The position numbers were made by a program, and so were the translations under genes. Source: Chrysomallon squamiferum (Eukaryota > Animalia > Mollusca). Taken from it: a stretch of DNA of 64,000 nt. The notes below the pieces were generated by a model. That model saw only the letters and a list, made by a program, of their open reading frames with translations, did no database searches and was not told the DNA's origin. The DNA lies in contig CM022665.1 of NCBI GenBank assembly GCA_012295275.1, positions 40,610,001-40,674,000 of the forward strand, written 5' to 3'. Shown here piece after piece: positions 43,519 through 56,319 of this stretch. Every line of letters begins with the position of its first letter. Within the stretch, counting starts at the first letter, position 1.

Positions 43519-46341
43519 ATCAAAATTGTAAAATCTTAATCTTTTAAACCGAACTGATAAAATAACTGAATAACTTTAAACCAAAAAGAAAAATATAACA
43601 ATGTGGGTTGAATGGACCTGTCTGGTTGAAGTTCTGATGATTATGCTGTCATTGTTTTAAAAATTATTTCTTTAATGTCAGCATTCTTGTTTAACTGTTT
43701 TTCACTTGCTAAGTTTTAATGATTAATATGTGTTAAAATTAGTTGTAATTAGGTCTTGAGATAAACAACATTTGCAGAGAAATCGCCTGCATTTTTTAAA
43801 GTTCATTTAAAAATAATTTGAAAACCAGCCTTTGGTAATAATAAAATATGAAAATGAAAACACCTGAACAGATTGATATAGACAGCAATTTTATACATTT
43901 ATTTTCTTGAATTGTTTTATATAGCGAAAGGTTAAAAATCTTCATCATAAATGTCAGTCTCTGTACTGTTTGTTTTAATTATTCTTTATTATTTCAGTTA
44001 AAAAAAATTATTTGGAAATTAACAAAATGTGTTTAGTTATTTGTTCAGCCATTCATTTAAAAGAAATAGTCATTGTACATAGACAAAGAATAAACAAGTG
44101 CTGCAGATCATAATCATGACTTCTGATATAGAAATTTCTACAATGGATGAAAGAAAAGAAAAGAAAAAAATTTGTAAAATTATTTTATTACAAATTATGT
44201 ACATATTTACATAATATAAGAAACAGATTAATACGATTTTGTGCAGAACAGTTAAAAACAAATTAATTTATATAATGAACATTTAAAATAATATATACTA
44301 AATTTACCTATATGCTAAATCCTTTTAGCATGTAAATTACAAAAACTGTCAAAGAAATTAAAACTAAATTAATGATTTTTAACAGTGTAAATGTTTGACA
44401 TTAAACCTACTGGAAGACTAATATAGTCTTTGTACATTAATAAACAAATGCAGAATAATGATTTATCACCTGAAGTAATAATTTTATATTTTACATCAAT
44501 ATTTTGTCATTGTGGTTTTCTTTCACAGATGATGGTGGTTTTTTATTGTTTTTGTTTTATGGTATTTTTGTGGTTTAAAAAAAAACAATAATGCTGTAAT
44601 ATTTATTATGCTTCAAGAAAATATATAACATTTTAATCTCTGAAATTACAGTTGGCAACGACATGGAAATTGCATCCAACATACAACATTGCAATAGTTT
44701 TATTATTTGAATTATTATAAACATGACTCAGTGAACATGTTACACATTTTAGATACACATCTGCAATGGGCATTATCACAGTTTTGAATTATCAGCTTCA
44801 ATTCTTATTATTTTGTTTTCATCTGTAATGAAATTATTTTTCTTGTTACTGATTAAAATCTGTTCAGGAATATTTTAATAACAAGGATACTTTCTTTTTA
44901 ATAGCAGGAACTGCATTTACCATATATTTCTATTTATACTTACTTGTTTTATTCTAATAATTTGTTTTTAATTTTATTTTAATTTTAATTTTTTAATTTT
45001 TTATTTATTTATTTATTTTTTTATTTGGTCTCTTGTCTTATGTTATTTTTCATTAACAAAATTACTTTTCTGCTGCCTGGAGAACCTGACCTGTAAGATA
45101 AACATATTTTTTTCTGTAAAAATTTTTGTTATATATCTTATTACAGTTATTATAAATCTATTTAAACCTAAAGGAATATTCATTGTTTTGTGGGTTGTTT
45201 TTTTTTTTGTTCTTTTCAAGGATATCTCTAAACCTATGATTGTGCCTGCACAAAAAAACTGTTACTTAACACCTAGCATGGATTGAGATCCACATCCATC
45301 TGATCCTGGATGTTCCACAGAAGAATGTATTAAGTAGTGTGTTAATTGTAACAATGATCCTATTTGGTTTGGATCCTATTTTTAAAATTAAAAAAAAGAA
45401 AAGTGTTGTTGTACATAATGATATGTGCACCTACAAACCATAGGTGGGTCAGAGATATAGCACAATATTATACATATTCATGAAACATTTAATTTAGTTC
45501 CTTACATAAACATGTGAATTTTAATTATCGTAAATAATTAGAATTGCTTTTCTTTCAAAGTTATGTTTTCTAAGAATCTGTTGAAATAAACTGGACAGAA
45601 CTCACATTTTACACTTAACAGTAAAATATAAAATAAGTAAGAATTAGTGAACACAACATAAACCATTGACAAAAATTATGGATAATAAAACTTTTACTTA
45701 AGTAAACAAAAGTGGAACAGTAGCATTTTTTGTTGATGTTTTTTTTTTTTTTCCAATGATTTGGCACAGTTCATTGAGCAAATGTTAGTGACATTTATGT
45801 TAAAAAGATTTTATTTATTTTTACTATTTTCTTATATCATCATCTGTGAAATTTAAAACCTGTATTTTTGTATAGATTAATAACAACAAAAAAAATTAAC
45901 AAATTTTTAGATTAACAACATTCAACAATGAAAAAAATATATCTATAAAATGAGTATAAAAAAACAATTAAATTTATATTTTAAAATGTTAAAGTTGTAA
46001 TCATTCATTGTAAAAAAAAAAAAAAAAAAAAAATTAATGAATCTTAAACTGTCTAATAAATGCAACAATGTTCATTAAATCTGAATTTCTGAAATAACAC
46101 TATCATACTGAAATTTAAAAAATAACTTTACAAAAACTCCTTTGCCCAGCTTTTTAATTGACAAAACAAAGATGCCTTCATACATTTAATTATTTATCTT
46201 AACTTTTTAATTTCTTGAAACTAATCAACAATCCACCAAAAATGTATCAGATTTTACTACTCTAATGTTTAATGTTCTGTGTGTGTAAAATAAAACTGTG
46301 GATTTCTACTGTTTAAATAAAATTGAAAAACTCCAGTGGTT

Positions 46342-49300
46342 TCAAATATCAATATTGCGAAAAATTCCATCTTCATCTGCCTTGTCCAGCAAACTGCAGA
46401 AAACTGGAGATTCAATCTAGATAAAATAAATAATCTATTGTTATTGTTATTGTCATTATCATCAAAAATATCAGAAATACTGGAAACATTACCATAGACA
46501 CTAAAAAGTATCTATAAACACAATCCAGTCTTTTTATTTAGAATTATTAATGGCAGACTTCTATTTAATTTTCATTCTTAATCATAACACTGATTATTAT
46601 TATTATTACTGACATCAGTTATCATATAAAATATTTTGCAAAAATATGCCATTTAATGGTAATGTAATCTGTGATGAAAAAACAAGCATTAAAATAATGG
46701 CTTAAAAAAAAGAAGTAAAATGTCATTATGGAATATATGCAGTTTAAAATAAATGGATAATTACTGGTGTGACTTACCCCTAGAACATATTCACATAATT
46801 GTGGCTCCATAAGGAATAATGCCATAGCATGTGGATGTTCAGGATTTTCAATACATCTGAAAACACAAGTCAGACTTTACAACAAACTAGTAACAATAAC
46901 ATAGGAGCCTTTTTATATATATTGTTCTTTTTCACCATCTTCAAGTTTACTAAAGCTAATTACAGTTTTTGAAAATGTTAATGCATGTATAAACTAATAA
47001 TGTATGATGTCATTTTTAACACATCATAAAAATATTTTTTTTGTTTGTTTATTTTAAAGCTTGTATTTTGTTTTCTTCATCAAAAAGATGTACACAAAAT
47101 AAATCAAAAAAAAACCCCCCACTTTATGAAAATTAATCCAAAAAATAAATTAAAGCTGTAGAAAATCAGACTGATTATTTAATTTAAATATTAATATTAA
47201 TGTTCAAAAAAAGAAATTGTTTATAATTTGAAAGGTACAAAAGTGACTGATTGATTATATAACATTTCAAGACATAACAAATTTCTAACCAAATTCCAGA
47301 ACTGAAAACTAATTTCCTAAGCTAATGCATACCAAGAAATTGTCAACTTTTTATTTTAATCAATGAAAAGAATTGATAATGTTGAAAAATGGAGCATTTT
47401 ATATTTTGTTTTATTTGTTTTATTGTTATTTGGCTGAAATAATACCAATAAGATCCCAGGCAGATCTAACTATTTTTGGATATTTAATGTTAAATCAGCT
47501 GCTCTCATGAGAACAGTTTAAAGTGATTTCAAAATAAGCCAGAGAAATTCCACAGAAAGAAAGAAATTCTGGAATTTATTTATACTTACTTTAACTTAAC
47601 TTCTGTAAATCTGGCTTTCCCTGTTTCATGGCAGACATCTCCATCACCATGGTAAAGTGAAATTTGTCTGAGAAAACAGAAAGAAGACAAGAAATTTTAT
47701 TTTATATATTTATTTGTTTGCAGTAGTTATTTCCATATTTGTTAATTTTTTTATTTCTGAAACCGACTTATTGTTAAAAGGCTAGATGTTGTTCTCTTTT
47801 TATTTGATATTAAAGGATTCGAATCATCAAAAATTATTTATAAATGTAGACAACAGAAGAAAAAAAAATTTGACAAAATTTAATATATCTATGTAAGTAA
47901 TTCTTTCAAATAAAAATACAGAATTTTCTTCTGTCATTATCTTTGACATTACTCTTTGGTTTTATTCCAATACACAACACTTATCAACACTTACTTCCTT
48001 TTTCCTATATCTTTTGGTCTTTTATGATAATTACTTTGTAACCAATGTTTGTGGTTTTCTTCATTCCAGTGACCTAAATAAAGAACCGTTCTCCCATTTT
48101 TATCCTAAACAAAAAATTATAATAATAATAATAACAACGGCAACAAGAACAAACAACAACAATAAGAGTAATAATAATAAGAAGAAGAATCACAGATAAT
48201 AACAATAATACATGTTAAGGTGGAGTTATATCCGATCTCATAATCCTAATTTTTACTGTACAAGTTTGGGTACATTTTCCTAGAAAACTGCTATGTGCAT
48301 AAGCAATAAAAACTTTTTATATGACATTTTGAACATCAATAATTTAGGGAGATGAAGTTCTTGATATTATGGAAAATGGGAAAACTATGTTAAAGTGAAC
48401 AGTTGTTTTTGCTAAAAAAAACAAATTTGAAAATCTAAGAATATCTGTTGTAGATGTAAACAAAAGATAAAAAATCCATATAAATTTTCGTACAAAATGA
48501 TTATCTACTTTAACAAAAAATAAATATACTTGCATCATGATACTGTCGTGCATATTTTCCATAACAAAATTCAAATTTCCACCATCCTGTACCCTACAAA
48601 TTAAAAAAAGAAAAAAAAAAAGATAAAATACATAATGTTGGGACAACATAATCAAATACATTTTTGATATGTCAAATATGTCCCAAAAGAGAACTTATAA
48701 TAATAATAATTATTAAAATATAATTAAAATAAATACTAACCCCACTGAGACAGTAATCTCCAGACAGAAATTCTCTGATAAGTTGTTTGTCTGTTGTGGA
48801 TCCCAGTGTTGGTAAAGGCTCTGGGGCTTTACTGGCAGGAATCACAACTGTTTTCTTTAATCCATCTGGTGTAGTTGTCTCCCCTTTAACCTGTGTCTGT
48901 TCCTTCATAATAATAATAAAATCTTGTATAACAGCTATATCACGACTTATATTCATTATAAACACAACAACATACGTTAATCTTTATTTGAAATATTTTG
49001 TAATATTACTGACAGTTTTATGATTTAATATTCAATACAATTTCCATTAAGACACATACACTAAATGTAAATGATTGACAGGTTATAGATTTTTCATGTT
49101 TTCTATTCTTTAAGAGACACTGATGTGAAAAGGCTGTAAGACTTTTCTCAGAAAAAATTAATTAATGAAGATTATTTCGTTTTAATTCAAATGTTTCCTG
49201 AGATGTACATTTTATGTTATTTACAAACACTGTTTTTCAGAAATTATTAATACAGATTTAAACTGGTACACTTTTAAAATCATTAGAAACAATGGTTTCC

Positions 49301-51932
49301 ATTTGATTTTAAAAATCATAAGCACCAAAACCACACCATTTATCTACCAAGCTTAGAGAGATGGCTTAAAATATATACTTAAAGTATAATATAAATAATG
49401 AAAGGTAATGAATGAAACTATATTTAAAAGGTACAAATTAATACACTTCCAAAGCTGTTTTTCTGGAAACTGGATAAATGGTCTTATAATAAAATAAAAA
49501 AACCCACAAAAAACATTAGTCCATATGACTAGTCATATCAATGATATTATATAAGACTGTGCATCTCCGATATCTAGTAAGCGTTAATATAAAATTAATA
49601 TAATTCATTCAGTAATTTGGCAGTCTAAGGGTTAGTACCTCTGTTTCAACGGGGTCTGTGTCTGGTTCTTCCTGGATCAGTGTGTGCAGCTGTTTTGGTT
49701 TTGGAGGTGAACCATTGAGAGCATGACACTGAATCTGACTCACTGGTGGATTCTTTGGTCTGAAATGAGAATAAAACATTAAAAAAAAAAAATAATGTAT
49801 CTGAAAAGTGAAAAAAAAGAAAAAGAAGCTAAGGTTCATGTATTATTGGTAACTGAAAATGAACTGAAATAATTATTAAATAAAGTATATTACAGACAAC
49901 AAAGCACATACCACAAAATTGTAGTTTTTGTATGTTGTTAACAATCTAGATATATTTTGTCACTTGAAAATTATATATATTTACATATGTAATGATATGA
50001 AAATCATATACATGTGCATTCTATGTCCTTGTCTGTCTATATATATATATCTAATGATATTGAAATCATATATACGTGTATTCTGTATTCTAATCAATCT
50101 ATATATATTTAAGATATGGAAATGACAAGTATGTGTCTTCTAAATCCTTGGAATGATATGTGTACATATTTTATGACACAAGACAAATAACATGTATGCA
50201 GGTACCAGACCAATTATCTGGTGTCCTGAAATCCGGAATGTCCAGAAAACCAGAATTTTTTTTTCCCCGACGCTATTTTCATAGTTCGCGCACGCTGGTG
50301 TACCTCACCAGCCAGAACTACTCTTTCAAGCCGCATGGCATTCATTCACTCGCCGCATTGTTTACATGTCAAGTCACCACAGTTGTGTAACATCAATTTT
50401 GTTTATGTTTTTAATTTTAAAATGTTTATGCCTAATTATTTATGTATTTAGATGCCTTGGTATCAGAAAACAGGAAAATCCAGAAATCTGGAATGCCTTA
50501 CGCCCTAAGGAGTCCAGATAATTGGTCTGGTATCTGTATATATCTGTGAGTGTATGTTTGTGTATGGGATTTATCTCCATGTGTGTGTATGATATGTGTG
50601 TGTATGATAAAATCACAAGACACTAACCTGAAATCTGGATGGGCACACAGAAGAGAAGTAAGAATAACAACTTCATATTCACATGTTGACATCTCTTTCA
50701 GCTGATATATTTCACCGTGACCCTCGGGCTGACACACGTAGAGAACTCTGGCTCTGCGAGGTGCTTTGGTCAAATCACACGGGGTACCGTTGGTCATATT
50801 AACCTCAAAGTAGGGCAGTGAAATTCCATCAATTTTGCGCACTTTAATCTGTTACATAATAAAAGTTAATCAACTACAGTGATACTTCAGAATACACTAA
50901 CAGAGAGAAATAACCTGAATTTTTAATACTTTTTTTTACAGAATGATTAAATCAGATAAGAATGAAAATAAAATAAAATGTCTCTTGTGAATAATTACTT
51001 CAATGTGAAAGTTAATAATTTTTGGTATTGTATTTTATTTAGCAAAATAATATACTGACATATAAAATTGCCAACAGAGATGATAGACAAAATGATTAAA
51101 TCAGATGCCTCTTCTGAATAATTATTTGAATGTGAAAGTTAGCAAAATAAAGTTAGTATGTATTTTATGTACATGAATTACAAAAATCTTCAATTACTAG
51201 AAAACAAAAATTCTTATATCAAGAGTTGACAACATGGAAATAAAACACTACAAACCTCTGACTGATCTTCACTTTCTGTACTTACAACTGAAACAAAATA
51301 AATATAATATCAATTAGTGCCTGGAAGTGTAACATACGCAAGAATTTTTTATAACCATTACAGCAGTCCTAAATCATAAGAGCAATTTTGGAGATAACTG
51401 TTGCTGAAATAAAAATGAAATGCCCAAAATGTTATGAGCTGGTTTCCTATTAAATGTGAATGACAAGTTAAGATTACAACAGCAAAGATGATTTTAATTA
51501 AAATCTACATAACACAAATTCATTCTGATTTCAGTTGGTTAGTAAATCGTTTATATTATTATCTAATTTTTCGCTTTTATTATTGTTTTGAAATGGCTTT
51601 ATTACCGTTAGTGCTTTTATCAACACTCAGTATTAAGAATTTAATAGGTAACAAAGATTTACAACATATTAGATGAATGAATGGATATTTCTTCAAAACA
51701 TTTCAGTATTATTAATTAAGTTTAAAATATTGTTTTTATAGGATTTTTAAAACATTTTTTCATTTTAAATTCTAAACGTTTTATGCCTTGAAAAAGATAA
51801 AAATGTTGACAAAGTGATCTGACATATTAATTATATTTAAATACAGTTACTTTAATGTAATACAGTGTCATTTAGAGTAACCTCAAACATGCATGTATAC
51901 ATCCAAATATGCACATAAGTAAATATTTTAAT

Positions 51933-51967
<35 letters not shown>

Positions 51968-52192
51968 TGAAAAATAACACAAACCACTTGGCTCTTTTAA
52001 AGAACTTAAATCAGCAATTCCCAGATAATATTCTTGTAATTTAGGTTTCTATAAAGAAAGGGGAAAATGTCACAATATATAAAAAGTATCAGTTGAAACA
52101 GTCATCATATTTCTATAAGCAAAATTTGAATAAATGATAAACATACTAAAACTTATCAATAATCATTTCAAATGACTTTAAAGTTTAATGAA

Positions 52193-52228
<36 letters not shown>

Positions 52229-55209
52229 ATTACATACATGAAAATTCATTCACAACCATTATCATTTATGTGCCAATAATAAATCAAAAATGTTTTTGTG
52301 TAAATACTATTATATTTGTTACAGTAAAACCTTGTGTTTTGTTGTTCTAAGCAAAAAGTTACAATCACAGATATGAATATTCAGTGGAACAGAGTAATAT
52401 TAACTCTCAAAATGCTTGCTTGAATTGATGTGTTAAGCCATGACTTTAAATTATGTACTAATTCACAGCTTTATGTGTTATTTTAAGACAAGTGCAGTTT
52501 ACTCTAAATACATGTCAGACATAACTGATTGGATGTTAATGTCTTTTTTAATATACCATACCTGGCCTTGGTCTTTTGTTTCATGATACTGTCGTATATG
52601 TTTCCCATGACATAATTCATAAGTCCAGTAACTTTCTAACTGAAACATGGAAAAAGTGTTTGTAATTTATATTTTACATTCATACATTTCTTGATATTAC
52701 ACCACCACAGCTTTCTATTATGTACTCAACAATGATAATATACTTGTGATTGAGAATAAAACCAAAATTCGTGATTTATTATTAAAGCAAATAAAAAGAT
52801 TTTAAAATTATCACCACAACAAATATTAGCTCCTTTTGAAGATAAATCAACAAAGCAATATATTTTAGAAATTTAAACACACAGTATAAAATAGCAGGTA
52901 TGTGTCCAGTTTTAATAAAATTAATTAAGTATTTGAAAAGTTCATGGGATTATTTTATTATTTTTGCTGTGTTTTGTTGTGTTTTATTGTTGTTTTTTGT
53001 TGTTGTTTATTTGGTATAGGTGGTGTTGGGTTTTTTTGTTTTGTTTTCTATTTATTACTAGTGTCAGAAATATTAAAACTACAAACTCAGATGAATATAT
53101 TCCAATATAACTTTTGGTTGAAATATTACAAACTAAAAACTATTTTACCCTGTAAGAGCAGCTTGTTTGTGTAAACAGTCTTTTCATTAACTCCAGCGCA
53201 GATGGCCCACTGTATCTCTTGCGAGCCTCCTTCCAAAAAATAAAATAATTAAAAATATATTTTTTAAATAATAAAAAAGTGTAGAAGTAAAGAAACAAAT
53301 TAATGTCAGTTTAAAAAGATCAACAATTAGATATTGGGTTTCAACAGTGGTTTTTTTTTAACTGTAACTCAGTTTAAACATATTTATACATAGATTTATT
53401 CAACCCTTACATATGTGCCATTTTGTTCCACAACCATTCACTGTCTTTGAGACAGCTTCATGATGCCACCCCTTAAAAAAAACCTGTTAACTTATGAAGG
53501 TAAAAATGTAGAATACCCAGTTTATTAGGAAGAGGCAAAAGTTGATATCCTGCATTAACACTATATGTGTATATATATATATATATATTATCCTTATCCT
53601 GAAAGGCAATAAATAATGGAGTAGATCAGTATCTATATGTTTACTGAATTATATAAATAATATTAGTAACAGAGTTTCATTTGGGGCCATGTAATAACAA
53701 GATTATGCTCTTGGAAGATTTGTTACATCAATCTAGTTGTAAATAAGATCCAAACCAAATATAATTTCTTTTTATTTTTTTTTTTTTTTTTAAAGAACCA
53801 TATATTTTCATTAAAATTACCTAATTATTATTTTGTTATCAAGTAATTTTATATGTTGCTGTTAATGGCCACAGTTTTTATTGGAAGTTCAAAATATCAG
53901 AAGACTATTAACAAGGTATGTGGATATTATGAAATACAAAGATAATACTGCCTTTCACACATTCAAGTTTTCAAATTATTTAACTAATTAAATATTTAAT
54001 AAACGTTCATTTACCTCTTTAGTTTCTCTGGCTGCAGGTAATATGCATGTATATTTTTCATTGTTAGATGTTGTCATTAACATCTGGTTTTCATCTGCTT
54101 CCTGAAAAATACACAAAAAGAAGAAAAAAACGTAACTAAAACTTGTCAAAAGAATTTAATATAAATTAAGACTCAAAACAAAATAAATCAAACAATAATA
54201 TTAAACATAAAACTTCGAAACAGTGAGACAGAGGAAATCATTAATAATAATAGTAATAACTTAGACAGAACATTTTAAACAATCCTAAATGATTTTCAGC
54301 TTTTTTTCCCCTTTATTTGTTTAACATACATTCATAAGACAGATGGATATCTATACTGACATGATTAGTGGTGGACTTAACTTTCTTATAAAGTAATAAC
54401 TTACTAAGTCTTAGACTGATACGAGATTAAGTAAGTATGTTATAAAAAAATATTAACCTGGTCAAATATCCTATTTCCATTACATAAAATAACTACCTGG
54501 TCAGAATTGTTAATTAATTATTTTTTAATTGTTAATTAATGGCAAGTAAGAAGATAGTGCCTGCAAACTCACAACATATATTATCTAAAATGTTATCTTA
54601 GTCTTATTATATAAGTTCTATAAGATTTGATGGAAATATAATGGCTTAATTGATTCAGAATGAAGAGCTATTTATACTGAATTTCATTTGCCATGACTCT
54701 CTATCAGAATGACAGCAACTCAGTTCACAAGTTCAAAACCTACCTTCACAATTACAGAACTGAATGAAACTTCACCAGTTTCTAGATGAAATGTTATAGT
54801 AATAAATGTATTTCATTTTGAACAAAAACCATAGACTGATTGGTGTGTTTTGATCGGTTGATCTTGAGTAAAATTTTATAACAAACGAATTACATAAAAA
54901 AATGACGAATTTTAAATTTTTTAAAATTACGATGAATACGGATAGAAAACACCAGTAATGAGTAAATAATTGGTCGAATCGATAAAAAAATCTGTATTTT
55001 GGGGACAGCCCTCTGCATACTCGCGATGCTCTTAACAGTACTATCGGGGGAAAATGACGTCAGCGAAATATTGGTTTGTAACGTACCTAGAAAGGCTAGA
55101 TTAAGATGGAAATATTATTTCAACAGATGATCACGTGTGAACGAATGGATGAACAATATTGACAGCAATAGACATCCATAATACGCCCAGGAAAATATAT
55201 ATATATATT

Positions 55210-55240
<31 letters not shown>

Positions 55241-55412
55241 AAATAAATAATAAATGTTGCAATAATATTTAAAATACCTTTATTATTTCGAGCGGACCTG
55301 CCCAGTTAATCATAAATAATTGACTGTCCATAAACGGGTCAATATTCCCTCCATGTACATTTAATATGACAGTTAGACCAGTACAAATCCATATATTTAA
55401 ATAAAAATACAT
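46342..55412 (-). CDS. ERLEC1: Endoplasmic reticulum lectin 1 (XTP3-B/erlectin), two MRH domains, ~459 aa
   Basis: Minus-strand exons 55412-55278, 54101-54015, 53229-53149, 52639-52562, 52048-51988, 51287-51256, 50848-50628, 49759-49639, 48902-48741, 48593-48534, 48104-47995, 47667-47590, 46856-46778, 46416-46342 (1380 nt). Signal peptide; [24 protein letters not shown]; NGTPCDL; [29 protein letters not shown]; C-terminal [16 protein letters not shown]. Confidence 0.94.
50199..50536. mobile_element. 338-bp MITE with 23-bp TIRs, Tc1/mariner-pogo type, in an ERLEC1 intron
   Basis: Left CAGGTACCAGACCAATTATCTGG versus reverse complement of right end CAGATACCAGACCAATTATCTGG (1 mismatch); right flank TA, left flank TG; CpG-rich interior. 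Confidence 0.85.
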
Positions 55413-55637
55413 TCTAGTAACAAAAGGTATTAAACCGACAATTCTGTCAACACAGTCACGAAATGAATTTAAATTAGGAAGTCATTGACGTGTACAATGA
55501 TCCAAAGTTTTCATCTGACAGCCATGACACTAGTATCGCAGTAAATTAACAACAAATCCTAGCAGTAATTATCTCCGGACTACTATTTCAAATCAAACAC
55601 GGACCATCTGCAGATCAAAAACAAAATACGATGCTGA

Positions 55638-55689
<52 letters not shown>

Positions 55690-55987
55690 GTCATCATAGA
55701 ACAGTAATTAATTATTATATTTACTGAAATGAAAATGTTCGTTACATACATTTTTAATTCTTATTAAAAACTATAAGAAATTACTAAAGAATATCAATAA
55801 AAATGACAATGTAAAACAGTGTGTTCAACAGCTACTTAATAATTTAGCTATTCTATTCGTATTTGCTAAATAACCCAGCTAGTTATAAATTTTGGAATTT
55901 TGCTGTAATGGCCACATGACATGAGAGTAATATTATTTTATAATTGATACATGCAGCCATGAAAGCAACAACAAAATAATAATAATA

Positions 55988-56047
<60 letters not shown>

Positions 56048-56319
56048 CTGCTTCTTCAGTGTACTTCAGGTGCGGGAAAAAATAAATATTAAAATGTCCG
56101 GAAACATGTTCTGGTTCTATAACAGTATTATCACAATAAAAATAAATATTTAAATAAAAGTTTTAAAACAAATTCATTGTTAATTGAGTACTATGCTTAC
56201 CAATTAATAGCTTCACTAATGTAAGGTTTTAAAAAATAATAATAATAATAAACCAAAAATACATATTTACACACGTCTTCATTTAGTGCGGATCTAATAA
56301 TTCATGTTGTCAAAGCAAG
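55413..56319. promoter_or_regulatory. Shared bidirectional promoter region of ERLEC1 and TMEM87
   Basis: Divergent ATGs ~0.9 kb apart; CpG retained; GCGGGAAA (E2F-like, 56072), CCGGAA (ETS-like, 56098), AAGATGGCG (YY1-like) over the TMEM87 ATG; two (ATT)n tracts. Confidence 0.65.
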
